NCBI GenBank assembly: GCA_022649925.1
Contig: JALCOX010000001.1
Location: 30,972 to 94,971 of the forward strand
DNA: 64,000 bases
Reading direction: 5' to 3'
Source of the DNA: Bifidobacteriaceae bacterium
Lineage (GTDB): Bacteria > Actinomycetota > Actinomycetes > Actinomycetales > Bifidobacteriaceae
This document shows, piece by piece, positions 48,535-57,244 of the stretch. The notes beneath the pieces are model-generated. The model was not told the origin of the DNA, made no database searches, and saw only the letters and a list, made by a program, of their open reading frames with translations. Position numbers and translations under genes: made by a program. Within the stretch, counting starts at the first letter, position 1. Each line of letters begins with the position of its first letter.

Positions 48535-48576
48535 AAAGACCGTTCGTTCCGCAGTCGCGGGGCGGGCGGTCTTTTC
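48535..48576 (+). terminator. Possible terminator after the sugar ABC operon
   Basis: AAAGACCG pairs with CGGTCTTT across a 24-nt GC-rich loop, followed by TC. Confidence 0.45.
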
Positions 48577-48611
48577 ATATGCGGCGCGAGGCGCGAACCA
48601 GGGGAGTGCAC

Positions 48612-48640
48612 GCAAAAGGCCCGCCCCGGAAGGGCGAGCC
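48612..48640 (-). terminator. Rho-independent terminator for the 105-aa membrane protein gene
   Basis: On the minus strand the sequence reads GGCTCGCCC, loop TTCC, GGGGCGGGCC, then TTTTGCG. Confidence 0.7.
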
Positions 48641-48665
48641 TGAGATTGAATGAATTTAAATAGTT

Positions 48666-48983
48666 TTATTGATTCTTTGAGATTTTCTCGTCGGCCTTTT
48701 CGAGCTCGATTTTTTCTTCTTCGTCCATGTCCTCTTCTTCGTCGAGGGGATCTTCAACGTCGTCGTTGTCTTGACCTTCCTCTTCCTTGTCGGTTCGGAT
48801 CATCATGGTGATGGCTCTGTAGCCCGTCCAGGCGATGACGACGAGAAGGCAGATGGAGAAGAAGATGTTCCAGATGGTGAGAAGCGATCCGTCTTTGGAC
48901 GCTTCGATCGAGGACTGAATGAGCCACACAATGCAGGCGAGTGCCGTGACTGCATAGAGGCGAGACTGTGCTTTTTCTGTCAT
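48666..48983 (-). CDS. Small membrane protein with acidic C-terminal tail
   Basis: Has 2 TM segments followed by EEEGQDNDDVEDPLDEEEDMDEEEKIELEKADE. I recognise no family. Confidence 0.55.
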   Translation of the reverse strand: MTEKAQSRLYAVTALACIVWLIQSSIEASKDGSLLTIWNIFFSICLLVVIAWTGYRAITMMIRTDKEEEGQDNDDVEDPLDEEEDMDEEEKIELEKADEKISKNQ

Positions 48984-49071
48984 GATCCCACTGTAGCCGA
49001 TTCGCGGTCACGCAACGCTTAGAGAGCGCACGATTTCAAGCTTTCGGCACGGTTTCGACTAGATTAGAAAT

Positions 49072-52000
49072 ATGGCGGAATCCAGGAACGACGTGACGCG
49101 AGGCCTCATCCGAGCGGGCATCTTTGATCTCTCGGCGGCGCGCGAGCAGCTCGACGCAATTGAGCGGCTCTTTCCCCGGTCTTCCGAGGGAACTGGCGCG
49201 AGGTCTGGTACCGGTTCCACCGATTCCAGCAGTTCCACTGATTCCACAGGCAGTGCATCGACGTGTTCTCTTGTTTTGACGGCCCTGAGTGGGGTCGCGG
49301 ACCCAGACGTCGCGCTGGCCTCTTACGTGGAACTTGCCTCGACCATTCTTGAAGCGCAGGGAAAGTCGGAGGAGGGCGTGGACTTTTCGCGGCTTGCACG
49401 GCTCATTGCGCCCTCGTCGCCTGCCTTCACCCGGTTGCTGTGTCTGCTCGGTGCGTCAGAGGCCATGGGGCGACTCATGATGACGCGGCCTCGCATGGTC
49501 TGCGCGGTGGTCGACGACGAAGATTTTGCCACGCACAAGTGGGACGCCGCGCACCGACGGACTCAGATGCTCGCCGCTGTGGGGATCTCCGGTGAACCTG
49601 AGACCCAAAACGGTCATTCCGCTTCAGCCGTGCCCTTCGCGCAGGCGGTGACCGCGCTGCGGCGCGAATATTTCCGCCAGCTTGCGGCCGTCATGGCGTG
49701 GGATGTGACGTCGAGCCCCGTTGAGGTTCAGCCACGGGTCAGCGATGCGTTGTCGGACATGGCGCAAGCGGCTTTGGAGGCGGCGCTCTCCATCGCCTAC
49801 GGTGAAGTCGACGATTCCCGACAGTGTCGCTTTAGCGTGATCGGCATGGGCAAACTCGGCGCCCACGAACTGAACTATGTATCCGATGTCGACCTCATCT
49901 ACGTGGTGGAACCGAGCAGTCCCGACGTCGCCGTGCAGCAGTTGCTCAAAGTCGGTACGAAACTGGCCACCACTCTGCAGAAGGTGTGCTCGTCCGTGGT
50001 GCCGGGTGTGGCCGAGCCCTCACTGTGGGAAATCGACGGTGCCCTGCGTCCCGAAGGTAGGGACGGACAGCTCGTTCGCCGTCTCGCCTCTCACGAGGAG
50101 TATTACAAGTCGTGGGCGAAGAACTGGGAATTCCAGGCCCTCCTGAAGGCCAGATGCGTGGCGGGGGATCGGGAACTTGGCGCGGCCTACGAGCAGATGG
50201 CGAGCGGATTCGTCTGGCAGGCCTCCACCCGCGAGAACTTCGTTTTCGATTGCCAGCAGATGCGCAAAAGGGTGGAAAAGCACATTCCGATTCCGCTGCG
50301 CGACCGTGAGATCAAGCTGGGACGAGGCGGCCTGCGGGACGTCGAGTTCACGGTGCAGATGTTGCAGCTGGTCCATGGACGCACCGATGAGACGCTGCGC
50401 ACATCAGCGACCCTGAAGGCTTTGCAGGCGTTGAGTGAGGGCGGCTACGTGTCACGGCCTCAGGCGGTGCAGCTGGGTGACGACTACCGCTTTGAGCGCG
50501 TTCTGGAGCATAGGGCGCAGATGTGGGCGCTTCGACGCACGCACCTGTTCCCCGACTTGGGATCTGGATCGGTTGGCGGCATGGAATCAAGCCGCGTGAT
50601 CAGCGATGAGGCCCTGGGAAGCAATGCCGAATTGCGTCGCCTGGCGCGCGCGTTCGGGCTACTCCCCGCAGAGCTTGTCGAACGTTTCGACGCCACCAGA
50701 CGCGAGGTTCGGCGACTGCATCTGGACATCTACTATCGTCCCATGTTGCCTCAAATCGCTCAGCTGAGTGCGGACGACATCGCGCTCACCGGGGCCGCAG
50801 CACTCGAGCGTTTTGCCTCAATTGGCTTCGCTGATCCGGACGCCGCCATCCGTCACGTGGGACATCTCACCGAGGGGATCTCACGCTCGGCCAAAATTAA
50901 CCGCGTGATACTGCCCACCATGTTGCAGTGGCTCGGGGAGGGACAAAATCCCGACATGGGACTTCTCACTCTGCGCAAGCTGGAGGAGAGCTTCGGGCAG
51001 GATTCCGAATATTTGGGTTTCCTTCGCGATTCGCTCTCTGCGGGTCGGCGCCTGTGCCGGGTCGTGTCGAATTCTCGTTACCTCGCCGACGCACTGACCA
51101 AGTCGGTGGAGTCGATCACGTGGTTGGGGGACGACGAGCGACTTTCCCCGAGGAGTCGGGAGAGCCTCGAGGTGCAGTGCAATCTGGCGCTGCGCCGCTT
51201 TGCCTCCTCCCGTTCGGAGTTCGCCACTTCCATCAGGGCGCTGCGCCGCCACGAAATTGAGCGCATCGGCCTGGGCTGGATCAACGGTGTGATCAAGAGT
51301 TCGGCGGCTCTGCGTGCGATGACCGATGTGTATGATGCGCTGCTCGATGTGTCGTTGCGGTGGGCCAGCGAGTTTCAATCAGTCGAAGTTCGGCCCGCTT
51401 GCACGGTGGCGATCATTGCGATGGGCCGCTACGGGGGCCGGGAGGTCAACTTTTCCTCCGACGCCGACATCATGGTGATGTACGAAAAGGTGGAGGACAG
51501 CGACGATCAGGAAGCGGGTATTTTTGCCCGCAAGGTGCTCGACGACGTGCGGGCGATTCTGAGTGGTCCCATCAGTTCTGAACCCGGAATCGACCTCGAC
51601 TTCGACCTGAGGCCCGAAGGCAAGAATGGCCCGTTGTTGCGCAGTTTTGATTCCTACCGTGAATACTATCGGCATTGGGCCAGCACGTGGGAGTATCAGG
51701 CGTTGTTGCGGGCGCGCTTTGCCGCCGGAGACCAACAACTTGGGGAGCGCTTTCTCACGGAGGTGGCAAATCCTCTGAGGTATCCCACTCAAGATCTCGA
51801 TCACAAGCAGATTCAGGAGATCCGCAAGCTCAAGGCGCGGATGGAGGCCGAGCGGTTGCCGCGCGGAGTCCGTCGTGAGCGACATCTCAAACTCGGCAAG
51901 GGCGGCCTTTCCGACGTTGAGTGGACGATTCAGTTCCTGCAGTTGCGGCACGCTGGGCACAATGAGAAGCTGCAGACGGTGTCGACGATCGACGCATTGG

Positions 52001-52272
52001 CTGAATTGCAGCGCAGCGGTCTCATGAGTGACGAGGATGCGCGCAGTCTCAGTGAGGCATGGAAGTTCACGACGGACGCGCGCAACGCTAACTTCCTGTG
52101 GCAGGGGCGCGCCGATCACGCTGACGTCTTGCCGGATGACACCTACTCACTCGGCGGAATTTCAGCGTGCATGCGGCACGGTGCTCATCGTGGACAGGAG
52201 TTTGAAAACGAGTTACTCGGTGCCATGCGGCATTGCCGCGAAGTTGTCGACCGAGAATTCTTCGGAATATAG
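49072..52272 (+). CDS. glnE: Bifunctional glutamine synthetase adenylyltransferase / adenylyl-removing enzyme
   Basis: Has two nucleotidyltransferase cores (GKLGAHELNYVSDVDLIYV and GRYGGREVNFSSDADIMVMY), each followed by a GlnE-type helical domain. Confidence 0.9.
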   Translation: MAESRNDVTRGLIRAGIFDLSAAREQLDAIERLFPRSSEGTGARSGTGSTDSSSSTDSTGSASTCSLVLTALSGVADPDVALASYVELASTILEAQGKSEEGVDFSRLARLIAPSSPAFTRLLCLLGASEAMGRLMMTRPRMVCAVVDDEDFATHKWDAAHRRTQMLAAVGISGEPETQNGHSASAVPFAQAVTALRREYFRQLAAVMAWDVTSSPVEVQPRVSDALSDMAQAALEAALSIAYGEVDDSRQCRFSVIGMGKLGAHELNYVSDVDLIYVVEPSSPDVAVQQLLKVGTKLATTLQKVCSSVVPGVAEPSLWEIDGALRPEGRDGQLVRRLASHEEYYKSWAKNWEFQALLKARCVAGDRELGAAYEQMASGFVWQASTRENFVFDCQQMRKRVEKHIPIPLRDREIKLGRGGLRDVEFTVQMLQLVHGRTDETLRTSATLKALQALSEGGYVSRPQAVQLGDDYRFERVLEHRAQMWALRRTHLFPDLGSGSVGGMESSRVISDEALGSNAELRRLARAFGLLPAELVERFDATRREVRRLHLDIYYRPMLPQIAQLSADDIALTGAAALERFASIGFADPDAAIRHVGHLTEGISRSAKINRVILPTMLQWLGEGQNPDMGLLTLRKLEESFGQDSEYLGFLRDSLSAGRRLCRVVSNSRYLADALTKSVESITWLGDDERLSPRSRESLEVQCNLALRRFASSRSEFATSIRALRRHEIERIGLGWINGVIKSSAALRAMTDVYDALLDVSLRWASEFQSVEVRPACTVAIIAMGRYGGREVNFSSDADIMVMYEKVEDSDDQEAGIFARKVLDDVRAILSGPISSEPGIDLDFDLRPEGKNGPLLRSFDSYREYYRHWASTWEYQALLRARFAAGDQQLGERFLTEVANPLRYPTQDLDHKQIQEIRKLKARMEAERLPRGVRRERHLKLGKGGLSDVEWTIQFLQLRHAGHNEKLQTVSTIDALAELQRSGLMSDEDARSLSEAWKFTTDARNANFLWQGRADHADVLPDDTYSLGGISACMRHGAHRGQEFENELLGAMRHCREVVDREFFGI

Positions 52273-52274
52273 AG

Positions 52275-52430
52275 GCGAAGCTGCGGCCATAAGCCGCAGC
52301 TTTCTGTTATGTTTTGAGTCTCGTATTCAGTGGTGCGAAACTGCGGCCATAAGCCGCAGTTTTCTGTTATGTTTTGAGTTTCATATTTAGTGGTGCGAAG
52401 CTGCGGCCATAAGCCGCAGTTTTCTGTGAT
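52275..52430. repeat. 60-bp tandem repeat, about 2.6 units, each carrying a terminator-like hairpin (family 2)
   Basis: Units start at 52275, 52335 and 52395. The core is (A)AGCTGCGGC, loop CATAA, GCCGCAG(C/T)TT, followed by TCTGTTATGTTTTGAGT. Confidence 0.9.
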
Positions 52431-52580
52431 TACGCCGTCTGGGAATCACACTGGCATAAGTGGATGGTTGAAACGCGTCTGATGAGCACTTTTGATTTCT
52501 GATGAGCTGTTTTCTCGGGGGAAGTTTCATGGCAAGCACCTTTTTGTTGGGCACCGCTAAGGGAATCTCCCAATCTCCAC

Positions 52581-52643
52581 TTCGTGGAGATTTGACCACT
52601 CACCCGCCTCCGAGCACCATTCAGCGGTCATTTTTCCACGAAC
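52581..52643. repeat. Family-1 palindromic element, degenerate copy 3
   Basis: The right arm TCAGCGGTCATTTTTCCACGAAC (52621-52643) is identical to copies 1 and 2. The left arm TTCGTGGAGATTTGACCACTCAC is decayed. Confidence 0.7.
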
Positions 52644-52677
52644 TAAGGGGCACGAGGCTGAAATCGGAACTGCAAAT

Positions 52678-52692
52678 GCGGCTTATGGCCGC
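52678..52692. repeat. Family-2 hairpin core, inverted orientation
   Basis: GCGGCTTATGGCCGC is the reverse complement of GCGGCCATAAGCCGC. Confidence 0.75.
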
Positions 52693-52739
52693 TGTGCACC
52701 GTGTTATTTTTCGTACGGAGTACTTGGGCGAATAACGCA

Positions 52740-52762
52740 AAACGCGGCTTATGGCCGCGTTT
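52740..52762 (-). terminator. Rho-independent terminator for the Na+/H+ antiporter gene, built on a family-2 hairpin
   Basis: On the minus strand the sequence reads AAACGCGGC, loop CATAA, GCCGCGTTT, then TGCGTTATT. It lies 6 nt past the stop codon. Confidence 0.8.
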
Positions 52763-52767
52763 CACCT

Positions 52768-54825
52768 TTATATATCCATACTTGCCTCAGCCTGCATGAC
52801 GTAGACGTTGGAGCGCAGCATCTTGGCTTGGTAGCGGGTGAGTTCGTCGTTCTCGACCATGTCATGGATGGTTTCGAGTTCAAGTCGGAAAGCCTTCGAA
52901 CGCAAATCTGACATCTGCTCGTTGAACTCGGCAAAACTCGTCGGTGCCATTGCCTCTGGATGCAGACTGGCGAGTGAGGCACGGTATTCCACCATCACCT
53001 CGGAGACGACCTCAGGAGGGTAATTTGACTCGTGAAGCTCAGAGGTGAGTCTCTTGAGCGTGTTGGTGTACAGCCTCGAGTAGAGATCCCTGAACTGGCG
53101 GGCGCGCAGCGCCTTAGCAGTGCGATTTGCCGCCTTGCCTGGTGCATGGTGACGGATGCTCTTCCACGCTCGCTTGAGCGGTGGTAGCGCGATGCGGCGC
53201 AAGCGAGCGCGGAAAGAGGTGAAACGGGCCAGAAGACGTCGTTTCGTCTTGGATTTCTGGCTCAATCTCAAGAGTGAGGCGTCGAGGCGTTCGAGTATCT
53301 CGGCGGCGAGTTCGGCGTCAGGATCGGTCGGGTCAATCTGAGAAAGCCATTCCTCTTCCCACTCGAGGGCGTCGCGACGCAACTGATTGGACTGAGCAAT
53401 GCGTTCGCCGGAGAAATTCTGCTTCACGCGCTCCACGCGATCGTTGTACGAGCGCAAGATCTGGCGCATGACGGCGTGATTGGTCGCGTCCTCGAGCTTG
53501 GTGATCTTCGAGATGGTGCGCCGAATCACCTCGATCTGAGCGTTGACGTAGTCGATACCGCGGGAGTCGACGCCCCGGGGAGCGAGGAGCGGAAGCATGA
53601 TGTTGGCGAGAATGAGCGATGCCGTGATGAACCCTGCCGTGATGAACAGCAGCGAGTTGCGAATGGAGAGCGGCTGACCGTTATCGATGGCGTAGGGAAT
53701 GGTGAGGATCAACGCGAGGCTGATGGCGCCCTTGGGCCCGCCAAACGTCATGATGGCCGCGGACTTCCACCGGGTGGGAGTCATGTGCCGACGATGGTGC
53801 GTCACCGAATCTTTGGTGGCTCTCAGCATGCCTGCAACCCAGAAGAAGCGCAGCACCAGAGATATGAGCAGGAGCAACAGCACGATTCCCGTGAGGTAGA
53901 GGAGACTGACTTCTTTGCTCTCGAAACTGGAGCGCATCACGATGGGAAGTTCCATTCCCAACAGGACGAAGACGGAGCCATTGAGAGTGAACTCGAGGAA
54001 TTGCCACACCGAATTGGACACGAGATTGGTGCGGGCGACGTCGCCTCCCGTTCCCCGGTTTTGATAGGTGAGAACAAGCCCCGTTGCCACGACCGCGAGA
54101 ATTCCCGAAACGCCCATCTCCTCGGCGAGCGCATAGGAACAGAAGGGGAGGAAGAGCTCCATTGAGATGCGAGTGGTCATGGTTTCGAGCCCGGTGCGCC
54201 GCAGCAGGAGGAAGAGCGAATTGAACAGCAACCCCACGATGACGCCGATAATGATGCCCAAGACGAAGCTCTTGACGACGTTGAGGGAAAAGTCGACAGG
54301 GGAGAAGACACCCGTCATGCCTGCGGCGACGGCTGTTTGGAATCCGACGATGCTGACGGCGTCGTTGAAGAGGCTCTCACCCTGGAGCACCGAGTACTGA
54401 CGGTCGCTCAGCTGCGCTTCCTTACCGATCTGAGCCACGGAAACTGCGTCGGTGGGTCCGAGTGCGGCACCCAGGGCGAAGGCTGCCGAAAGTGGAACGA
54501 TCGGCCACATGGCATGCAGCAGAAAACCGGAGACCACCATGGTGACCAGCACGAGACCGATGGCGAGGGACATGGCGGGGCCCAGAGAACGCGCGAGACG
54601 GGAACGATCAATGTTGCGAGCCTCGAGGTAGAGCAGGGGAGCGATGAACAGAATGATGAAGAGCTGAGAATCCAGGGCGATATTAGGAAGGAACGGGGTG
54701 AAGTACCACGCGACGCCGAGACCGATTTGGACCAGAGGGGTTGAAACCCGTGGAATGAAGCGACTGAGAACTGAAGAAATGAGCACGGCAACGAGAACGA
54801 GCAACACCAAAGTCAACGTCTCCAC
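52768..54825 (-). CDS. Na+/H+ antiporter (CPA1/NhaP type) with a long cytoplasmic C-terminal domain
   Basis: About 12 TM segments in the first 400 aa or so, with a sodium/hydrogen exchanger-like layout and a helical, charged C-terminal half. Confidence 0.85.
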   Translation of the reverse strand: METLTLVLLVLVAVLISSVLSRFIPRVSTPLVQIGLGVAWYFTPFLPNIALDSQLFIILFIAPLLYLEARNIDRSRLARSLGPAMSLAIGLVLVTMVVSGFLLHAMWPIVPLSAAFALGAALGPTDAVSVAQIGKEAQLSDRQYSVLQGESLFNDAVSIVGFQTAVAAGMTGVFSPVDFSLNVVKSFVLGIIIGVIVGLLFNSLFLLLRRTGLETMTTRISMELFLPFCSYALAEEMGVSGILAVVATGLVLTYQNRGTGGDVARTNLVSNSVWQFLEFTLNGSVFVLLGMELPIVMRSSFESKEVSLLYLTGIVLLLLLISLVLRFFWVAGMLRATKDSVTHHRRHMTPTRWKSAAIMTFGGPKGAISLALILTIPYAIDNGQPLSIRNSLLFITAGFITASLILANIMLPLLAPRGVDSRGIDYVNAQIEVIRRTISKITKLEDATNHAVMRQILRSYNDRVERVKQNFSGERIAQSNQLRRDALEWEEEWLSQIDPTDPDAELAAEILERLDASLLRLSQKSKTKRRLLARFTSFRARLRRIALPPLKRAWKSIRHHAPGKAANRTAKALRARQFRDLYSRLYTNTLKRLTSELHESNYPPEVVSEVMVEYRASLASLHPEAMAPTSFAEFNEQMSDLRSKAFRLELETIHDMVENDELTRYQAKMLRSNVYVMQAEASMDI

Positions 54826-54938
54826 GAAGTAGCCTCTCTCGAATGGATTTACACTACTGTGGATTTTAGCGGAGTCCCATCAAGCGACAGGCGTACTCGT
54901 GTTTCACGATTGAACCAGACGCGCAGTATTCTTGAAGC

Positions 54939-55664
54939 ATGTTCGCCACACCACAGACTCAGCAACTGTTGTTCGATCTTCAATCCTTGGACATTGACGC
55001 CCGAAAGATTCGGCACGAGGCGGAGGAATTGGAGGAGACGAAGCATCTCGAACAGCTCATCGCCCAGCGCAAGGCCATCGTCATCGAGCGACACAAGCTC
55101 GGCGAGAGCATCGCGCAACTACGGACCTCCTCCGACGCTTTGGAGGCCGACATCACCAAGCTCAAGACACAGGTGGGCGCGATTGACCTGAAGCTGAAAG
55201 CGTCGGGAGTGACGCCCAAGGAAGTAGTGGCGCTCACTAAGCAACAGGAGGGTCTGTCCGCGCAAATATCAGGGTTGGAAGATTCCCAGATGGAGAAGCT
55301 CTCCGAGATCGAGACTCTGGAAAAGGACGATGCAATCCTGCAGCAAAACGACGAGAAGTTGCATTCGACGGGTCTGGATCTCAAAAATCGCCGTGAAGAC
55401 AAGCTCGGCGGACTGAAAAAGCGCATGGCAAGCGTGAACGCTAAACGCAAGATCGCCGTGAGTTCGATTCCCAAAGACGTCCTCGATCTGTACACGCAGA
55501 TGTCCAAGAATGCGCAGGGTAACGTGGTGGTTCGATTCGTGGCGGGTCGCGTGGATGGCATGCATCTCGAGCTTTCGGTCGCTCAGCTACACACCATCGA
55601 AGATGCGGATCCCGATGAGCTGGTGGTCCTCGAAGATGAGGGTGTGATCGTCGCTCGTCCCTAA
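54939..55664 (+). CDS. Coiled-coil protein, COG1579/DUF164-like but without cysteines
   Basis: Has long heptad-like Glu/Lys/Leu-rich helices. The C-terminal region where the zinc ribbon normally sits has no Cys. Confidence 0.55.
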   Translation: MFATPQTQQLLFDLQSLDIDARKIRHEAEELEETKHLEQLIAQRKAIVIERHKLGESIAQLRTSSDALEADITKLKTQVGAIDLKLKASGVTPKEVVALTKQQEGLSAQISGLEDSQMEKLSEIETLEKDDAILQQNDEKLHSTGLDLKNRREDKLGGLKKRMASVNAKRKIAVSSIPKDVLDLYTQMSKNAQGNVVVRFVAGRVDGMHLELSVAQLHTIEDADPDELVVLEDEGVIVARP

Positions 55665-55814
55665 TGTAAACGCGCGGTTAACGCGGAGGAGGTCTCGTTT
55701 CCCCCTCAAACCGTGTACCTGTGTGTTTTCAGGCGTGTTTGGTTGTCGTGCTCCGGTCATAAGTTCGTAAGGGTCACAACAAGTGACCGCCTCTCGACTC
55801 ATGGAAGGCGTGAC

Positions 55815-56825
55815 ATGGCGGACAAGATTCCTCCGGTTCAGTTGTCAAAATCGCAATTCAATTTAGTCGGTCGAAGCGTGGTGACTCTTGACGATGTCAG
55901 CGCTCCGCAGATCTCTTATTTACTTCGTAAGGCCCGTTACATTTCGGACCATCTCCCCGAAGTTTCACAAGCAGCCGCCGGAAAAATCCTGGCGACTTTG
56001 TTTTATGAGCCCTCAACTCGGACTCGACTGAGCTTTGAAACGGCCATGCTCCGGCTCGGCGGTCACGTCATCGGATTCGCCGGCGCACAAAACGCGAGTG
56101 TCTCCAAGGGCGAATCAATCGCGGACACGCTCAAGACCGTCGCCAATTACGCCGATGTGGTCGCCATCCGTCACCCCAAGGAGGGTGCTGCTCTGGTGGC
56201 CTCGAAGTCGGTCGATATTCCCGTCATCAACGCGGGAGACGGCGGCCACATGCACCCCACCCAAACGCTGGCAGATTTGGCGACGTTGCAGTCGCGCTTC
56301 TCTCGCATCACCGACCTCACCATCGGCCTGTGCGGAGATCTGACCTTCGGGCGCACGGTGCACTCGCTCATCGAGACTCTCTGCCGCTTCGGCAACGTCA
56401 AGTTCGTGCTCATCTCACCCAAGGAGTTGAAGATGCCGCAGTACGTGCTCGACCGCATCAAGGCTTCGCAATCCTGCACTTACGAGGAGGTGACGGACCT
56501 GACGGCCGTCATCGGGGATCTGGATGCCCTCTACATGACGCGCGTTCAAAAGGAACGTTTCTTCAACGAGGACGATTATCTGCGTCTGCGCGACACCTAC
56601 ATCCTCGACGCCGCCAAGCTCAAGCTCGCCAAGCCGACCATGGCGGTGCTTCACCCCTTGCCCCGAGTCAACGAAATCGCCACCGAAGTGGACTCGGATC
56701 CTCGTGCCGCCTACTTCGAGCAGGTGAAAAACGGGATGCTCATGCGCATGGCGCTCATGAGCAGCGTGCTGGGAGTCAAACTGCCAGGCTTTGCCGAAGA
56801 CGACACAAAGGAGGTTCGCGCATGA
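55815..56825 (+). CDS. pyrB: Aspartate carbamoyltransferase catalytic subunit
   Basis: STRTR, HPTQ and HPLPR motifs are present. I chose the ATG at 55815. Confidence 0.9.
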   Translation: MADKIPPVQLSKSQFNLVGRSVVTLDDVSAPQISYLLRKARYISDHLPEVSQAAAGKILATLFYEPSTRTRLSFETAMLRLGGHVIGFAGAQNASVSKGESIADTLKTVANYADVVAIRHPKEGAALVASKSVDIPVINAGDGGHMHPTQTLADLATLQSRFSRITDLTIGLCGDLTFGRTVHSLIETLCRFGNVKFVLISPKELKMPQYVLDRIKASQSCTYEEVTDLTAVIGDLDALYMTRVQKERFFNEDDYLRLRDTYILDAAKLKLAKPTMAVLHPLPRVNEIATEVDSDPRAAYFEQVKNGMLMRMALMSSVLGVKLPGFAEDDTKEVRA

Positions 56826-57244
56826 TGGAAGTCACCAGCATTTCGGAGGGAATCATCATCGATCACGTTCCGGCGGGAACGGCGCTCAAGGTGCTCAACT
56901 ACCTCCATATCGACCCCACGAAGGCGACCATTGCCCTCATCATGAATACGACGTCGCACCGCTACGGGTGCAAAGACATCATTAAGATCCAAAACTCGGC
57001 GGACGTCGACCTCGAAGTGCTCGGGCTCGTGGCACCCCACGCGACGGTCGACGTGGTGAAGGACTCGCGCATCGTCGAGAAGCAGAAGCCGCGCCTGCCT
57101 GAGCACGTGACTAACGTCATTTCCTGCGCCAATCCCCGCTGCGTCACCTCCTCCGAACGCGACATCGACCAGCTCTTCCACTTGAGTAATCCCGATACGG
57201 GGGAGTACAGGTGCGATTACTGCGACGAGGCGGCAAAGCTGTGA
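56822..57244 (+). CDS. pyrI: Aspartate carbamoyltransferase regulatory subunit
   Basis: The N-terminus reads ISEGIIIDHVPAG and the C-terminal zinc domain reads CANPRC...CDYC. The start overlaps the pyrB stop (ATGA). Confidence 0.9.
   Translation: MMEVTSISEGIIIDHVPAGTALKVLNYLHIDPTKATIALIMNTTSHRYGCKDIIKIQNSADVDLEVLGLVAPHATVDVVKDSRIVEKQKPRLPEHVTNVISCANPRCVTSSERDIDQLFHLSNPDTGEYRCDYCDEAAKL

Noticed and set aside
52275-52430. Regularly spaced palindromic repeats that superficially resemble a small CRISPR array.
   Set aside because: The whole 60-bp unit is repeated, including the segment that would be the spacer, so there are no unique spacers. No cas genes or leader are present. Each unit looks like a terminator hairpin with a T-tract. 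It is a tandem duplication, not a CRISPR array.
52478-52530. Two CTGATGAG motifs 22 nt apart, resembling the hammerhead ribozyme core.
   Set aside because: The sequence after either motif does not form a helix II hairpin followed by GAAA and a helix III, and no cleavage-site context can be built. I regard it as a chance short direct repeat.
55665-55814. A possible PyrR-binding attenuator upstream of pyrB.
   Set aside because: There is no UCCAGAGAGG-like binding loop, no terminator/antiterminator pair, and no pyrR gene in the operon. Only a small GGTCAC-N5-GTGACC hairpin is present.
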